Assembly: GCA_965237525.1 (NCBI GenBank)
Contig: CBDEFO010000003.1
Coordinates: 320,001 to 384,000 of the forward strand
Length of the DNA stretch: 64,000 nucleotides
From: Candidatus Latescibacterota bacterium
Lineage (GTDB): Bacteria > Latescibacterota > CBDEFO01
Direction of reading: 5' to 3'
The notes beneath the pieces were generated by a model. That model did not search any database. It saw only the letters and a program-made list of their open reading frames with translations, and was not told the DNA's origin. The translations under genes and the position numbers were made by a program. This document shows, one piece after another, positions 11,228 through 22,700 of this stretch (position 1 is its first letter; each line of letters starts with the position of its first letter).

Positions 11228-14170
11228 ATGCACAGGGATATTTGTAGGATAGCTCTAACGGCGGCTATCGCCGTTGTCCTCTACGCCACACCTGCAGGGG
11301 CGGGAAAGTGGAGGACATACACTAAAGCAGATGGTCTGGCGAGCAACAATGTCTTTGCGAGCTTGGAGGACAGAGAGGGCAACCTGTGGTTTGGAACTTC
11401 GAGAGGTGTGAGCCGCTATGATTGGATGTGGACAACCTACACCAAAGCAGATGGGCTGGGGGGCAACTCGGTCCGTTCGATCTTAGAGGATAGTGAGGGT
11501 AACTTGTGGTTTGGCACTGAGAATGGAGCTGTGAGCCGCTATGATAGCATGAAATGGACGACCTTCACCTCAGAAGATGGTCTACCATTCAGACCGATAA
11601 TTACGAGCTTGGAGGACAGAGAGGGCAACCTGTGGTTTGGATTAGCATTCGGTGGGGGCTTGACCCGTTATGATGGGGAAAGGTGGACGACCTACACCAA
11701 AGCAGATGGGCTGGCGGGTCCCACCGTGTTGGCGATCTTGGAAGATAGTGAGGGCAACCTGTGGCTTGGAACTGTGTTTAGAGGCGTGAGCCGCTATGAT
11801 GGGACATGGACGACCTACACCACAGAAGATGGCCTGGCGAACAACTCGGTCGAGGCGATCTTGGAGGATACGGAAGGCAACCTGTGGTTTGGTACTTTTG
11901 AGGGCGTGAGCCGCTATGATGGGGAAAGGTGGACGACCTATACCACAGCAGATGGCCTGGCACACAACTGGGTCGACACAATTTTTGAGGATAGTAAGAG
12001 CAATCTGTGGTTTGGAACTGGGGCGGGAGGTGTGAGCCGCCATGATGGGGAAAGATGGACGACATACACCACAGAAGATGGCCTGGCGGAGAACTGGGTC
12101 AATACGATCTCTGAGGATAGTCAGGGCAATCTGTGGTTTGGCACTGAGAATGGAGGTGTGAGCCGCTATGATGAGACATGGACGACCTTCACTACAACAG
12201 ATGGCCTGGCGAGCAACTATGTCAATGCGATCTCAGAGGATAGAGAAGGCAACTTGTGGTTTGGAACTCCTGGGGGCGTGAGCCGCTATGATGAGAGGTG
12301 GAAGACCTTCACCACAACAGATGGCCTGGCGAGCAACTCGGTCTGGGCAATGTTGGAAGACAGTGAAGGCAACTTGTGGTTTGGAACTTTTAAGGGCGTG
12401 AGCCGCTATGATGGGGAAATGTGGACAACCTTCACCACAGCTGATGGCCTGGCAGACAACTATGTCATTGCGATTTTGGAGGATAGAGAGGGCAACTTGT
12501 GGTTTGGAACTCGACGAGGCGTAAGCCGCTATGATGGGGAAGGATGGACAACCTACGATATGGGAGATGGTCTGGTGAACGATTGGGTCCATGCGATCTT
12601 GGAAGATAGAGAGGGGAACCTGTGGTTTGGTACTGGATCAGCTGGACCAGATCCATCACTTCCACCTGACGGGGGCATAAGCCGCTATGATGGAGAGACG
12701 TGGACGACTTACACCATAGAAGATGGCCTGGCAAACGATTTCGTCAATGTGATCTTGGAGGATAGTGAGGGCGACCTGTGGTTTGGTACTAACGGTGGAG
12801 GGGTAACCAGATACAAAGCTGACAGGACACCGCCAAACACATACATTCTCTCTGGGCCGGAAGGAATAATCGGCCTCGCACAGGCCTTCTTCAAATATAG
12901 AGGTGGAGACAGATATTCGCCAGATGCAGATATGCAATATGCGTATGCCACCAAGAGTAATCGGGACAGGCCCACTGAAGACGATTGGTCGAGCTTTACA
13001 GACTTCACCTCCCTCCTTACAGATCCCCTTCCCAACGGCTCCTACACATTCTACGTACGGACAATGGACGAAGCGGGAAACATCGATCATACTCCCGCCG
13101 AAAAAACGTTCACCGTGGATTTAACTGCCCCGACGGTGCTGATTACTTCTCCATCGAACGACGAGATCATTCATGGAGAGATGAGCATCAAGGGCTCGGC
13201 CTTCGACAACTCTGATATTCCCGATTTTGAGAGCTATACGTTGGAATACGGGAGTGGGTCGGACCAGGACAATATCCCAGAATGGCGCAGTATAAGGGAT
13301 AACGCGGTGAAGCCTGTCGTAAACGACCTCTTAGGTGTGTGGGACACCGAAGGGCTATTCGGCACCTATGTCCTCAGGCTTGGAGCTATAGACGGCTTCG
13401 ATCATCGGAGCAAGTATGCCATCACCGTCCACGTGGTTGCGGCAGCCGTTGAGGTAGATCACAGTAGTGGAGGACATATCACCGATTCTGCGAGCAAGGT
13501 GGATCTCTACATTCCCCCCAACGGTATTCCCAAGAGTACGCAGGTGACGATCACTCCCGTTGCGATTGAGGGTGTGGCAAAGCCTTCTGCTCTGAATTTG
13601 CGGCTTATTGGTATGGCATACGACATCGAGCCGAGTGATCTTATACTCCTGAAACCTGCAACCTTTACGATATTCCTCAGTGAAGATGACATACAGGTTG
13701 TGCCCGATCTTGGGAAGCTGGCAATCTTTACCCGGTCATCTGCGGACAGTTCCTGGGAAAGAGTCGGCGGCACAGTAGATGAGGGGACGAGGAAGATCAC
13801 AGTAGCTCTGACCCGCTTTGGGAGCTTTGCAGTGATGGAGGATCTCTCTGAGGAAGAAGGAGAGCCTTCCATTTCGGATGTGAACTGTCAGCCAAGAGTC
13901 TTCTCCCCGGAGGGAGGCGGCTACGACACCAAGACCACTATATCCTTTAATCTTGGGAAAAGGTCACAGGTTACAGTGAAGCTTTACGATGTGTCGGGAC
14001 GGTTCAAGAGAAAGTTAGTCGAGGATAGGACGATGAATCGTGGGAGCAATGCGGTGATATGGGACGGGAGAGATCATGAGGGGAAGGTAGTAGTCAATGG
14101 ACTGTATGTGGTGGCGGTGGAAGCTGGTAGGGAAGTGGAGACTAAGACGGTGGTGGTATTGAATAAATGA
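11228..14170 (+). CDS. Secreted beta-propeller protein (12 two-component-regulator-propeller-type repeats) with Ig-like domains and a C-terminal FlgD-Ig/T9SS-like sorting domain
   Basis: Signal peptide ending AGA; 12 x DGLAxNxVxxIxEDxEGNLWFGT; C-terminal PRVFSPEG...WDGRD...VVNGLY...VVLNK. Confidence 0.88.
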   Translation: MHRDICRIALTAAIAVVLYATPAGAGKWRTYTKADGLASNNVFASLEDREGNLWFGTSRGVSRYDWMWTTYTKADGLGGNSVRSILEDSEGNLWFGTENGAVSRYDSMKWTTFTSEDGLPFRPIITSLEDREGNLWFGLAFGGGLTRYDGERWTTYTKADGLAGPTVLAILEDSEGNLWLGTVFRGVSRYDGTWTTYTTEDGLANNSVEAILEDTEGNLWFGTFEGVSRYDGERWTTYTTADGLAHNWVDTIFEDSKSNLWFGTGAGGVSRHDGERWTTYTTEDGLAENWVNTISEDSQGNLWFGTENGGVSRYDETWTTFTTTDGLASNYVNAISEDREGNLWFGTPGGVSRYDERWKTFTTTDGLASNSVWAMLEDSEGNLWFGTFKGVSRYDGEMWTTFTTADGLADNYVIAILEDREGNLWFGTRRGVSRYDGEGWTTYDMGDGLVNDWVHAILEDREGNLWFGTGSAGPDPSLPPDGGISRYDGETWTTYTIEDGLANDFVNVILEDSEGDLWFGTNGGGVTRYKADRTPPNTYILSGPEGIIGLAQAFFKYRGGDRYSPDADMQYAYATKSNRDRPTEDDWSSFTDFTSLLTDPLPNGSYTFYVRTMDEAGNIDHTPAEKTFTVDLTAPTVLITSPSNDEIIHGEMSIKGSAFDNSDIPDFESYTLEYGSGSDQDNIPEWRSIRDNAVKPVVNDLLGVWDTEGLFGTYVLRLGAIDGFDHRSKYAITVHVVAAAVEVDHSSGGHITDSASKVDLYIPPNGIPKSTQVTITPVAIEGVAKPSALNLRLIGMAYDIEPSDLILLKPATFTIFLSEDDIQVVPDLGKLAIFTRSSADSSWERVGGTVDEGTRKITVALTRFGSFAVMEDLSEEEGEPSISDVNCQPRVFSPEGGGYDTKTTISFNLGKRSQVTVKLYDVSGRFKRKLVEDRTMNRGSNAVIWDGRDHEGKVVVNGLYVVAVEAGREVETKTVVVLNK

Positions 14171-17100
14171 TTTCAGGACAAGCTACACTTAAGGAACGAG
14201 GCCACAGGCACTTGCTTTGTAGGATAGCTCTAACGGCGGTCATCGCTGTTATCCTCTACGCCACACCTGCAAGGGCGGGAAAGTGGACACCCTTTACTGT
14301 AGAAGATGGCCTGGCGGGCAACTCGGTCAGTGCGATCTTAGAGGATAGAGAGGGCGACCTGTGATTTGGAACTGAAGGGGGTGTGAGCCGCTATGATGGG
14401 ACGTGGAGGACCTATACCACAGCAGATGGCCTGGCAGACAACTCGGTCAGTTCGATCTTGGAGGACAAGGAAGGCAATTTATGGTTTGGAACTTTGGGTG
14501 GAGGCGTGAGCCGGTACGACGGGGAAAGGTGGATGACCTTTACCACCGGAGATGGTCTGGTGGACAACTGGGTCATGGCGGTGTTGGAGGATAGGAAGGG
14601 CAACCTGTGGTTTGGAAATAGTGGAGATGTGAGCCGCTATGATGGGGAAAAATGGATGGAGTACTACACTACCGAAGATGGCCCAGGCATCTTTGTCAGT
14701 GCGATCTTAGAGGATAGAGAGGGCAACCTGTGGTTTGGAAGTTTAGGGGGCGTGAGCCGCTATGATGGGGAAAGGTGGAAGACCTTTACCACAGAAGATG
14801 GCCTGGCGAACGACTTTGTCAATGCGATCCTTGAGGATAGTAAGGGCAACTTGTGGTTTGGTACTGGTGGAGGCTTGAGCAGCTATGATGGGGAGAGATG
14901 GACGAACTACACTATAGCAGGTGACCAGGCGGGCAACTCGGTCGAGGCGATCTTGGAAGACCGGAATGGTAACCTGTGGTTTGGAACTGTAGGAGGCGCA
15001 ATTCGCCTGGACGGGGAAAGGTTGACGACCTTCACCACCGAAGATGGCCTGGCGCACAACACTGTCAGTTCGATCTTAGAGGATAGTGAGGGCAACTTGT
15101 GGTTTGCAACTAATGGGGGCGTGAGCCGCTATGATGGGACATGGACGATCTATACCACAGAAGATGGCTTGGCAGATAACGTGGTCTTGACGATCTTGGA
15201 GGATAGAGAGGGAAACTTGTGGTTTGGAACTAGTGAAGGCGTGAACCGCTATGATGGGGAAAGGTGGACGACCTTCACCACCGAAGATGGCTTGGCACAC
15301 AACTGGGTCGCGGTGATCTTTGAGGACAGGGAAGGCAATCTGTGGTTTGGAACTGTATTTGGAGGCGTGAGCCGCTATGATGGGGAGAGATGGACGAACT
15401 ACACTACAGAAGATGGCCTGGCGAACAACTCGGTCGAGGCGATCTTTGAGGATAGTGAGGGCGATCTGTGGTTTGGAACTATAAGAGTCATAATAAGTGA
15501 AGTAGACGTAACAGTTGAGGGAGGAGGCGTGAGCCGCTATGATGGGGAAATGTGGACAACCTACACCACAGAAGATGGCTTGGCAAACGACTGGGTCGAT
15601 TTGATCTTTGAGGATACTGAGGGCAACATGTGGTTTGGAACTGAAAATGAGGGAGGTGTGAGCCGCTATGATGGGGAGAGATGGAAGACCTACACTACAG
15701 AAGATGGCCTGGCAGGCAACCAGGTCTATACCATCTTTGAGGACAGTGATGGCAACCTGTGGCTTGGAACTGTGTTTAGAGGCGTGAGCCGCTATGATGA
15801 GACATGGACGACCTACACCACAGAAGATGGCCTGGCGAACAACTCGGTCGAGGCGATCTTGGAGGATACGGAAGGCAACCTGTGGTTTGGTACTTTTGAG
15901 GGCGTGAGCCGCTATGATGGGGAAAGGTGGACGACCTATACCACAGCAGATGGCCTGGCACACAACTGGGTCTTGACAATCTTTGAGGATAGTGAGGGCA
16001 ACCTGTGGTTTGGGACTTATGCGGGCGGTGTGAGCCGCTATGATGGGGAGAAGTGGACGACCTACACTACAGAAGATGGCCTGGCACACAACTGGGTCGA
16101 GGCGATCTTGGAGGATAGGGAAGGCAACATGTGGTTTTTGAATGGTGGATTTGTCGGTAGAGGGATAACCAGATACAGAGGTGACAGGATACCACCAAAT
16201 ACATTTATATTCGATGGGCCAGAAGGAACAATCGGTATCCCACAAGCTTTCTTCCAATATAGTGGAGGAGATAGGTATTCACCAGAGGCAGACGTGCAAT
16301 ATGCGTATGTCATCGACCCCAGTGAAGCCGATTGGTCGGACTTTACGGATCTTACCTCCCTCCTTACAGATCCCTTTCCCAACGGTACCTACACATTCTA
16401 CGTACGGGCAATTGACAAAGCTGGAAATATTGATCTCACTCCTGCCAAAAGGACCTTCACTGTGGATTTAACCCCGCCGACGGTGCTGATCAGTTCCCCA
16501 TCGAACAACGAGATCATTCAAGGAGAGGTGAGCATCGAGGGCTCGGCCTTCGACAACTCCGATATTCCCGATTTTGGGAGCTATACGTTGGAATACGGGA
16601 GTGGGTCGGATGAGGACAAGATATCAGAATGGCGCAGTGTAAGGGATCGAACTACGAAGCCTGTTGTAAACGATCTCTTAGGCGTGTGGGACACCGAAGG
16701 GCTATTCGGCACCTATGTTCTCAGGCTGAGAGCTGTGGACGGCTTTGATCATCGTAGCAAGTATGCCATCACTGTCCAAGTGGACAACATCCCTCCCACA
16801 GCTCATATCACCAGTCCATCTCCAAACACCACCTATTCGGGGACCCTATCGATCCACGGGACGGTGGAGGACGAGAACCTCCGGGGCTACACTCTGCAAT
16901 ATGCCCGCACGTCGCAGGACACTGTGTGGAAGGACATCAAATCAGATACCACTTCTGGGATAGAGGAGGGTCTCTTGGCCAGCTGGGATTCCTCCAACGA
17001 GACGGGAAAGATCACCCTGAGATTGGAGGCGACGGACTTTGCGGGCAACGTTAGCACTCCTTCCGATGTGATCCTGAACCTGGACAACTCAGGTGCCTTG

Positions 17101-18399
17101 CCCCAATCTCAGATTACCTTCCCCAGTCCCGGTGAGGTCGTATCGGGCCTTGTGACCATCCGTGGGAAAGCCACTGATGACAACTTCCAAAGATACACCC
17201 TCCTGTCCATAAGCGCAGATGGAGATACCACGATGATCAAGACCTCAGACATCCAGGTGGAGGAGATATTGGGGCTTTGGGGCACTGATCTCTATCCTGA
17301 GGGAGCATACACACTTCTGCTGACAACGGCCAACCGGGACGGATATGCCCGTTCCAGCGAAGTCCAGGTAACCGTGGACAACACGTCCCCCGTAGCTTCC
17401 ATCACATTTCCATCGGGGGAAACCTCTGTAAGCGGGAGCATCCAGATCACCGGCACCGTCCTAGACAACCACCTCAAATTCTACAAGATCGAATTCGGTC
17501 CGGGTGCCGATCCAGATTCCAGCCAGATGGCACAGCTTGGCGCTGAGAGGAAGGAGCAGGTGGAGGAGGGTCCCTTGGGGACGTGGAACACCCTGGAGTT
17601 CAACGGTCTCTATTCTTTGATATTGACCGCTGTGGACAAAGCAGGATTGGAGACGGTGGACAAGAGGGTGATCCAGTTGGAGAATATACCGATTGACCGG
17701 GCGTTGGGAGGATTCAAGGAAGTGCGGAATGTGAGGCTTTATCTTCCCCCCAATGCGACCTCGAAGGATGTGGTCATCGGGGTTCGATTCCTGAGGGAGA
17801 GTGAGCTATCTCCTTTTGATGATTCGTATCTCAGGTTGATAGGGGAGGCCTTCGAGATCGAATCGGCTCCGGAAGCGGCCTTATCCAAGCCTGCAGCGCT
17901 GTCAGTGTTCTATTTAAATGATGAGGTGATGGATGTATCCGAAGACAGGTTGACACTATTTGGATGGACAGAGTCTGGCAACTGGCGGAGGATAGGGGGC
18001 ACAGTTGAAAAGGAGAAGAACCAGATCACGACGGTCCTGGCACGTTTTGGGAGATTTGCAGTGATGGAGGATCTTTCTGCGGAAGAAGGGAGTCTCTCCA
18101 TCTCGGATGTGAACTGTCAGCCGAGAGTCTTCTCCCCAGAGGGAGACGGCTTCGATACCAAGACCACAATATCCTTTAATCTTGGGAAAAGGTCGGAGGT
18201 TACAGTGAAGGTCTACGATGTTTCGGGACGATTCAAGAGGAAGTTGGTTGAGGACAGGATGATGAATCGTGGGAGCAATGCGGTGATATGGGATGGGAGG
18301 GATCATGAGGGGAAGATAGTAGTCAATGGACTGTATGTGGTGGCGGTGGAAGCTGGTAGGGAAGTTGAGACTAACACGGTGGTGGTATTGAATAAGTGA
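14167..18399 (+). pseudogene. Paralogous secreted beta-propeller protein (15 repeats, extra Ig domains); TGG-to-TGA at 14362
   Basis: Same signal peptide and C-terminus as the upstream gene; ctg tga ttt replaces the LWF motif; ORFs 14167-14364 and 14383-18399 are in frame. Confidence 0.82.
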
Positions 18400-18692
18400 T
18401 TTCGGGATAAGCATACTCAAGTGACAAGGAACAGCACCAATAGAACATCGGGGACAAGAGCATCAATGTTCCCCTTGCGTTTTCTCCCAGATATGGTTAC
18501 CTTATGGATAGCTTGTCCCTGGGCGTACACCCCAAACCCCCATAAATAAAGGGCAAAACCCCTCCTGTGGTCCTATGATACTATCTCATTAAGACCTGCT
18601 TCCTTGTCTGCACAAATCCATCTGTCTCCATCCGATACAGATAGACTCCGCTTTTTTCTCAGAGAATGGCTGGTCAATAAACGACTGTAAAA

Positions 18693-19667
18693 CTATCCTG
18701 TCCTTCCGAAGTTATCCAGAAAGATCACAAAGTCCGACAAACCGATCTCTCCGTTACCATCCAAATCATATGCAGAATCCCAATTATCCGAACCAGTCGT
18801 TGTCCCGAACACAGCCAGAAAAAGGACAAAATCGGAAAGATCTACTTCATTGTCTCCGTTGAAATCTCCTACAAAGCTAAAAGTAAATCCGTTAAAAAGC
18901 GTGCCTTTCTGACCATCGGGGTTTATGACTGCTACATCTACTATATCAGCGGCATGAGCTGGAGTTGTAGCTGTAATAGAATTGGAGGACAATACAACTA
19001 CATCTGTGGCTGTGCTGTCTCCAAAAGTAACAGTTGCTCTACTTTGGAACCTACTCCCTACTAGCGTCACGGACGCACCTCCCAATGCCGGACCAGAAGA
19101 AGGATTAACAGAGGTCACAACAGGAGATAGAAGTGGAATACTTAAACTTCCGTTATTTGCAACATCTATAGATGCAAACCTATTAATTGTTTCCCCATCC
19201 CCCACAGAAAGACCCGAGGCACCTACATCTATAGTAAGTGGGCTGATATCCCCCGGATTACCTACCACATTCAGATCAAACTCAGCGACCGCTGCAAGGT
19301 TAGGAAGTTCTAAATCAGCAAATCCCACTGCATTACCGTTATTCTGAAGACTGATAATATTTATCCTAGTCTCAGGAACGTTTGTAGAGAAATTGCCAAA
19401 AGTCGGCGACAATATCCTGATACCTGGGACGATAATAGTCCCCGGATCCACTTTAACAACACATGTATCAATATCAATTTTGATATCCATTCCAGCCAGA
19501 CCCAAGTCAGCCTCTGGCTGTAGCTCCATAAACACCTGCACAGTCACCTTCTCCCCCGGATTGCCAGTAACATCCTCAACCATTACCGTTATAGGAGCCC
19601 CAGAGGAATTGGTCCACGAAAAGACTAGAAGGAGGACACATACAAGAAGCAGTTTTCGGTTCTTCAT
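18693..19667 (-). CDS. Secreted cohesin-like + IPT/TIG + dockerin/EF-hand protein
   Basis: Signal peptide; GNPGEKVTVQV...F.V.GNPGDISPLTI cohesin-like domain; VTSVNPSSGPALGG IPT; duplicated Ca-loops DFNGDNEVDLSDF and DLDGNGEIGLSDF. Confidence 0.8.
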   Translation of the reverse strand: MKNRKLLLVCVLLLVFSWTNSSGAPITVMVEDVTGNPGEKVTVQVFMELQPEADLGLAGMDIKIDIDTCVVKVDPGTIIVPGIRILSPTFGNFSTNVPETRINIISLQNNGNAVGFADLELPNLAAVAEFDLNVVGNPGDISPLTIDVGASGLSVGDGETINRFASIDVANNGSLSIPLLSPVVTSVNPSSGPALGGASVTLVGSRFQSRATVTFGDSTATDVVVLSSNSITATTPAHAADIVDVAVINPDGQKGTLFNGFTFSFVGDFNGDNEVDLSDFVLFLAVFGTTTGSDNWDSAYDLDGNGEIGLSDFVIFLDNFGRTG

Positions 19668-19775
19668 AATTCTTCTACTTTTAACCTAACAAGGAATTAA
19701 CCTCTTTAGTATGGCAATATTCGCACCTCTTTTTTATGCCTACCCCTGCTAATTGTAGGACAGACGTTTGGAGTC

Positions 19776-22700
19776 CTATTTCAGAAATAACGTCTTCTTT
19801 GTAGCCACGAACTTCCCCGCAGCAATCCTGTAGAAATACACACCCGTTCCTACAAGTCTCCCCTGATCATCCGTACCGTGCCATACAACCGAGTAGAAAC
19901 CTGGATTCATCTTATCATCAACAAGAACCTTTATCTGTTGCCCAATGGCATTATATATGCTCAGCTTCACGGGCACTGTCCCGGAACCTGCAGGAATCCG
20001 AAAATCGATGGCAGTTTCAGCGTTAAAGGGATTGGGATAGTTCTGACTCAAAGATGCTTCCCTGGGCAATAGCGCAAACCGTTCATTTGCGGGACGCAGG
20101 TCTATCGCTCTTATAGCATCTGAGATCACTGCTCTGGTGACCGTGAAGCCTGCCTCGTTAGGTTTGCCTATAATCTCAAACTCTATCTCGACCAGTGAAC
20201 CATCACCTTCAAAGGGTGTAGCACCGGCCATAAGCACATTTATTTGACCCTCATTATTCAGATTAGATACCAACAGATGATTACTGTTATCTTCAATCGC
20301 CCTTACCTCTTTCACATCTATAACCCCAACGGGATATTTAATCCCTAAGTCAATCCCAAAGAGGCTATCTGGTCGATTAACTGATAGCTGGACAGTCCGC
20401 GTATTGTCGTGCTTATGCTCCAGACCTTCCAAAGAGATCCTGATGTTAGACGGTTCAGGTTCCACGGCCTTAGCAGCAGGAGGAAGGACATCTTGAAAGT
20501 CGCCATCTACATCACCTACAAGTATACTGATGAAATCCTGGCCGGTCTGATCGGCGCTCAGATTGAGATACTCTTTGCTTGGGGGATCAAACCTCCAAAA
20601 GCCCGAAGGGAACGGTAGAGATCGCACACCTCCCAATTTCTGGAGAATGACAGAAGGATCGTTAATAGTAGGAATAAGGTCACCATCAACGTCAGCCGCA
20701 AGTGTATCTTGACGGTTGAATGATCTTTTGCCACCCAAGAACTGGAGAACAAACACCGCATCATTAATAGTTATACCACCGTTACAGCCCCTTCTGTCTC
20801 AGCCCTCGATGGCGTAGCGCGGTAATCCTTTCCGGCAGTAACCAGAAGTAACTCGTGGGACCCATCAGCAAGAGTCGTATCCGAGTCAACAAAAGTTTCA
20901 CCAGGCAGTTCAACGATACTAATTACTATATCAGGTACGGTCTTAGTAGGATCTGAGAAGTATTTTACAGAACCAGAGATATTAAACTTTGCGATCTCTC
21001 CGACACCCGCCAAATCCACAAACACAGTATCTTCAACAGCATTAGGATCATTGCTCGGAATCGTCAAGACCGCAGGGAAGACCCCCCCGCTCTGAGGCTG
21101 GAACGTTACGACCAGAGTAACGCTGTCACCAGGAGTAATTACCGAGTTGGAAACACTGGAAAGAGTTGGATTGAAAGCGTAATTGACAGAATCGTCCACC
21201 GCCAATGTCCCAAAGGTCAGATTCGCATCCCCTAAGTTCCTGATCACCAATAGACTGTCAGAAGAACTCCCGGTCTTCACAGAATCAAAATTGATAGCAA
21301 GAGGAGACACATTGATGTCTGGTGCAATCCCTACACCGCTCAAGGATACAAATACCGTATCCTCAACAGCGTCAGGATCGTTGCTCGGAATGATCAACGT
21401 GGCACTCTTGAGCCCCGAAGCGCCTGGACTGAACTTCACAATTAGCGTATCGCTATCACCAGGAGCAATAACCGAACCCGAAACATTGGCAAGAATGGGA
21501 CTAAAGGTGAAAGCAAGCGGATTAGGGCCAGTCTTGGACAGAGTGCTCAAAACCAAAGTGTCATTACCGGTATTTGAAATGACCAGCATAGTATCTTTCA
21601 ACCCTCCTACCAGAACAGAATCAAAATCGATAGCGACGGGAGATACATTGATGTCAGGTACGACAGGAATAAAAGTAAATCCACCAAAGAGTGTGTCTGC
21701 CTGTCCGTCGGGATTTGTGACTATCACCTGCACAGTGCCAGCAGGATGAGTAGGAGTCTTGGCAGTTATGATACTATCAGACACTGCGACTACATTTGTA
21801 GCTGAGCCATCTCCGAGAGTAACAGTTGCACCACTTTGGAACCTACTCCCCACTATCGTCACAGACGTACCTCCCAATTCCGTTCCAGAAGTAGGGTTAA
21901 CAGCTGTCACACGAGGATCAGAAAGAAAAGTAAATTTGCCAGAAAGTGTGCCTGAAAGACCATTCAGATTTGTGACTAAAACGTCCACGGCGCCAGCAGG
22001 ATGATCGGGAATCACAGCGGCAATAGCATTGGAGGACAATACAACTACACTTGTGGCTGTGCTATCACCAAACGTAACAGTCGCTCCGTTCTGGAAATTA
22101 CTCCCTGCTATCGTCACAGACGTACCGCCCAATTCCGCGCCTGAAGTGGGACTAATAGCTGTCACTCGAGGATGAGAAAGAAAAGTAAATCCACCAGAAA
22201 GTGTGTCTGAAAGACCATTAGCATTTGTGACTATCACATCAACAGTGTCAGCAGGATGTGCAGGAGTCTTAGCAGTAATGGTGCCCAGAAGTCCTACAGA
22301 TACATTTGTGGCGGCACTATCTCCGAAAGTAACAGTTGCTCCACTTTGGAAACTCTTCCCTGATATTGTCATAAATGTCCGGCCTAATTGTGTGCCTGAA
22401 GTGGGCCTAACAGCTATCACGAGAGGGTGAGCAATAAACTCAAATCCATTCTTGAGTGTGTCTGAAAGACCACTAAGATTTGCTACTATCACATCTACTT
22501 TACCAGCAGGATGATCGGGAGTCACAGCGGCAATAGCATTGGAGGACAATACAACTACACCTGTGGCGGCACTATCTCCAAAAGCAACGCTCGCCCCACT
22601 TTGGAAACCACTCCCTACTATCGTCACAGACGTACCGCCCAATTCCGTTCTAGCAGAAGGATTAACAGCTATCACGAGAGGGTGAGCAATAAACTCAAAT

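Noticed and set aside
11228..18399. Hybrid two-component sensors or DGR targets
   Set aside because: No TM or kinase domains follow the propellers; no reverse transcriptase or adenine-specific template/variable repeat pair was seen
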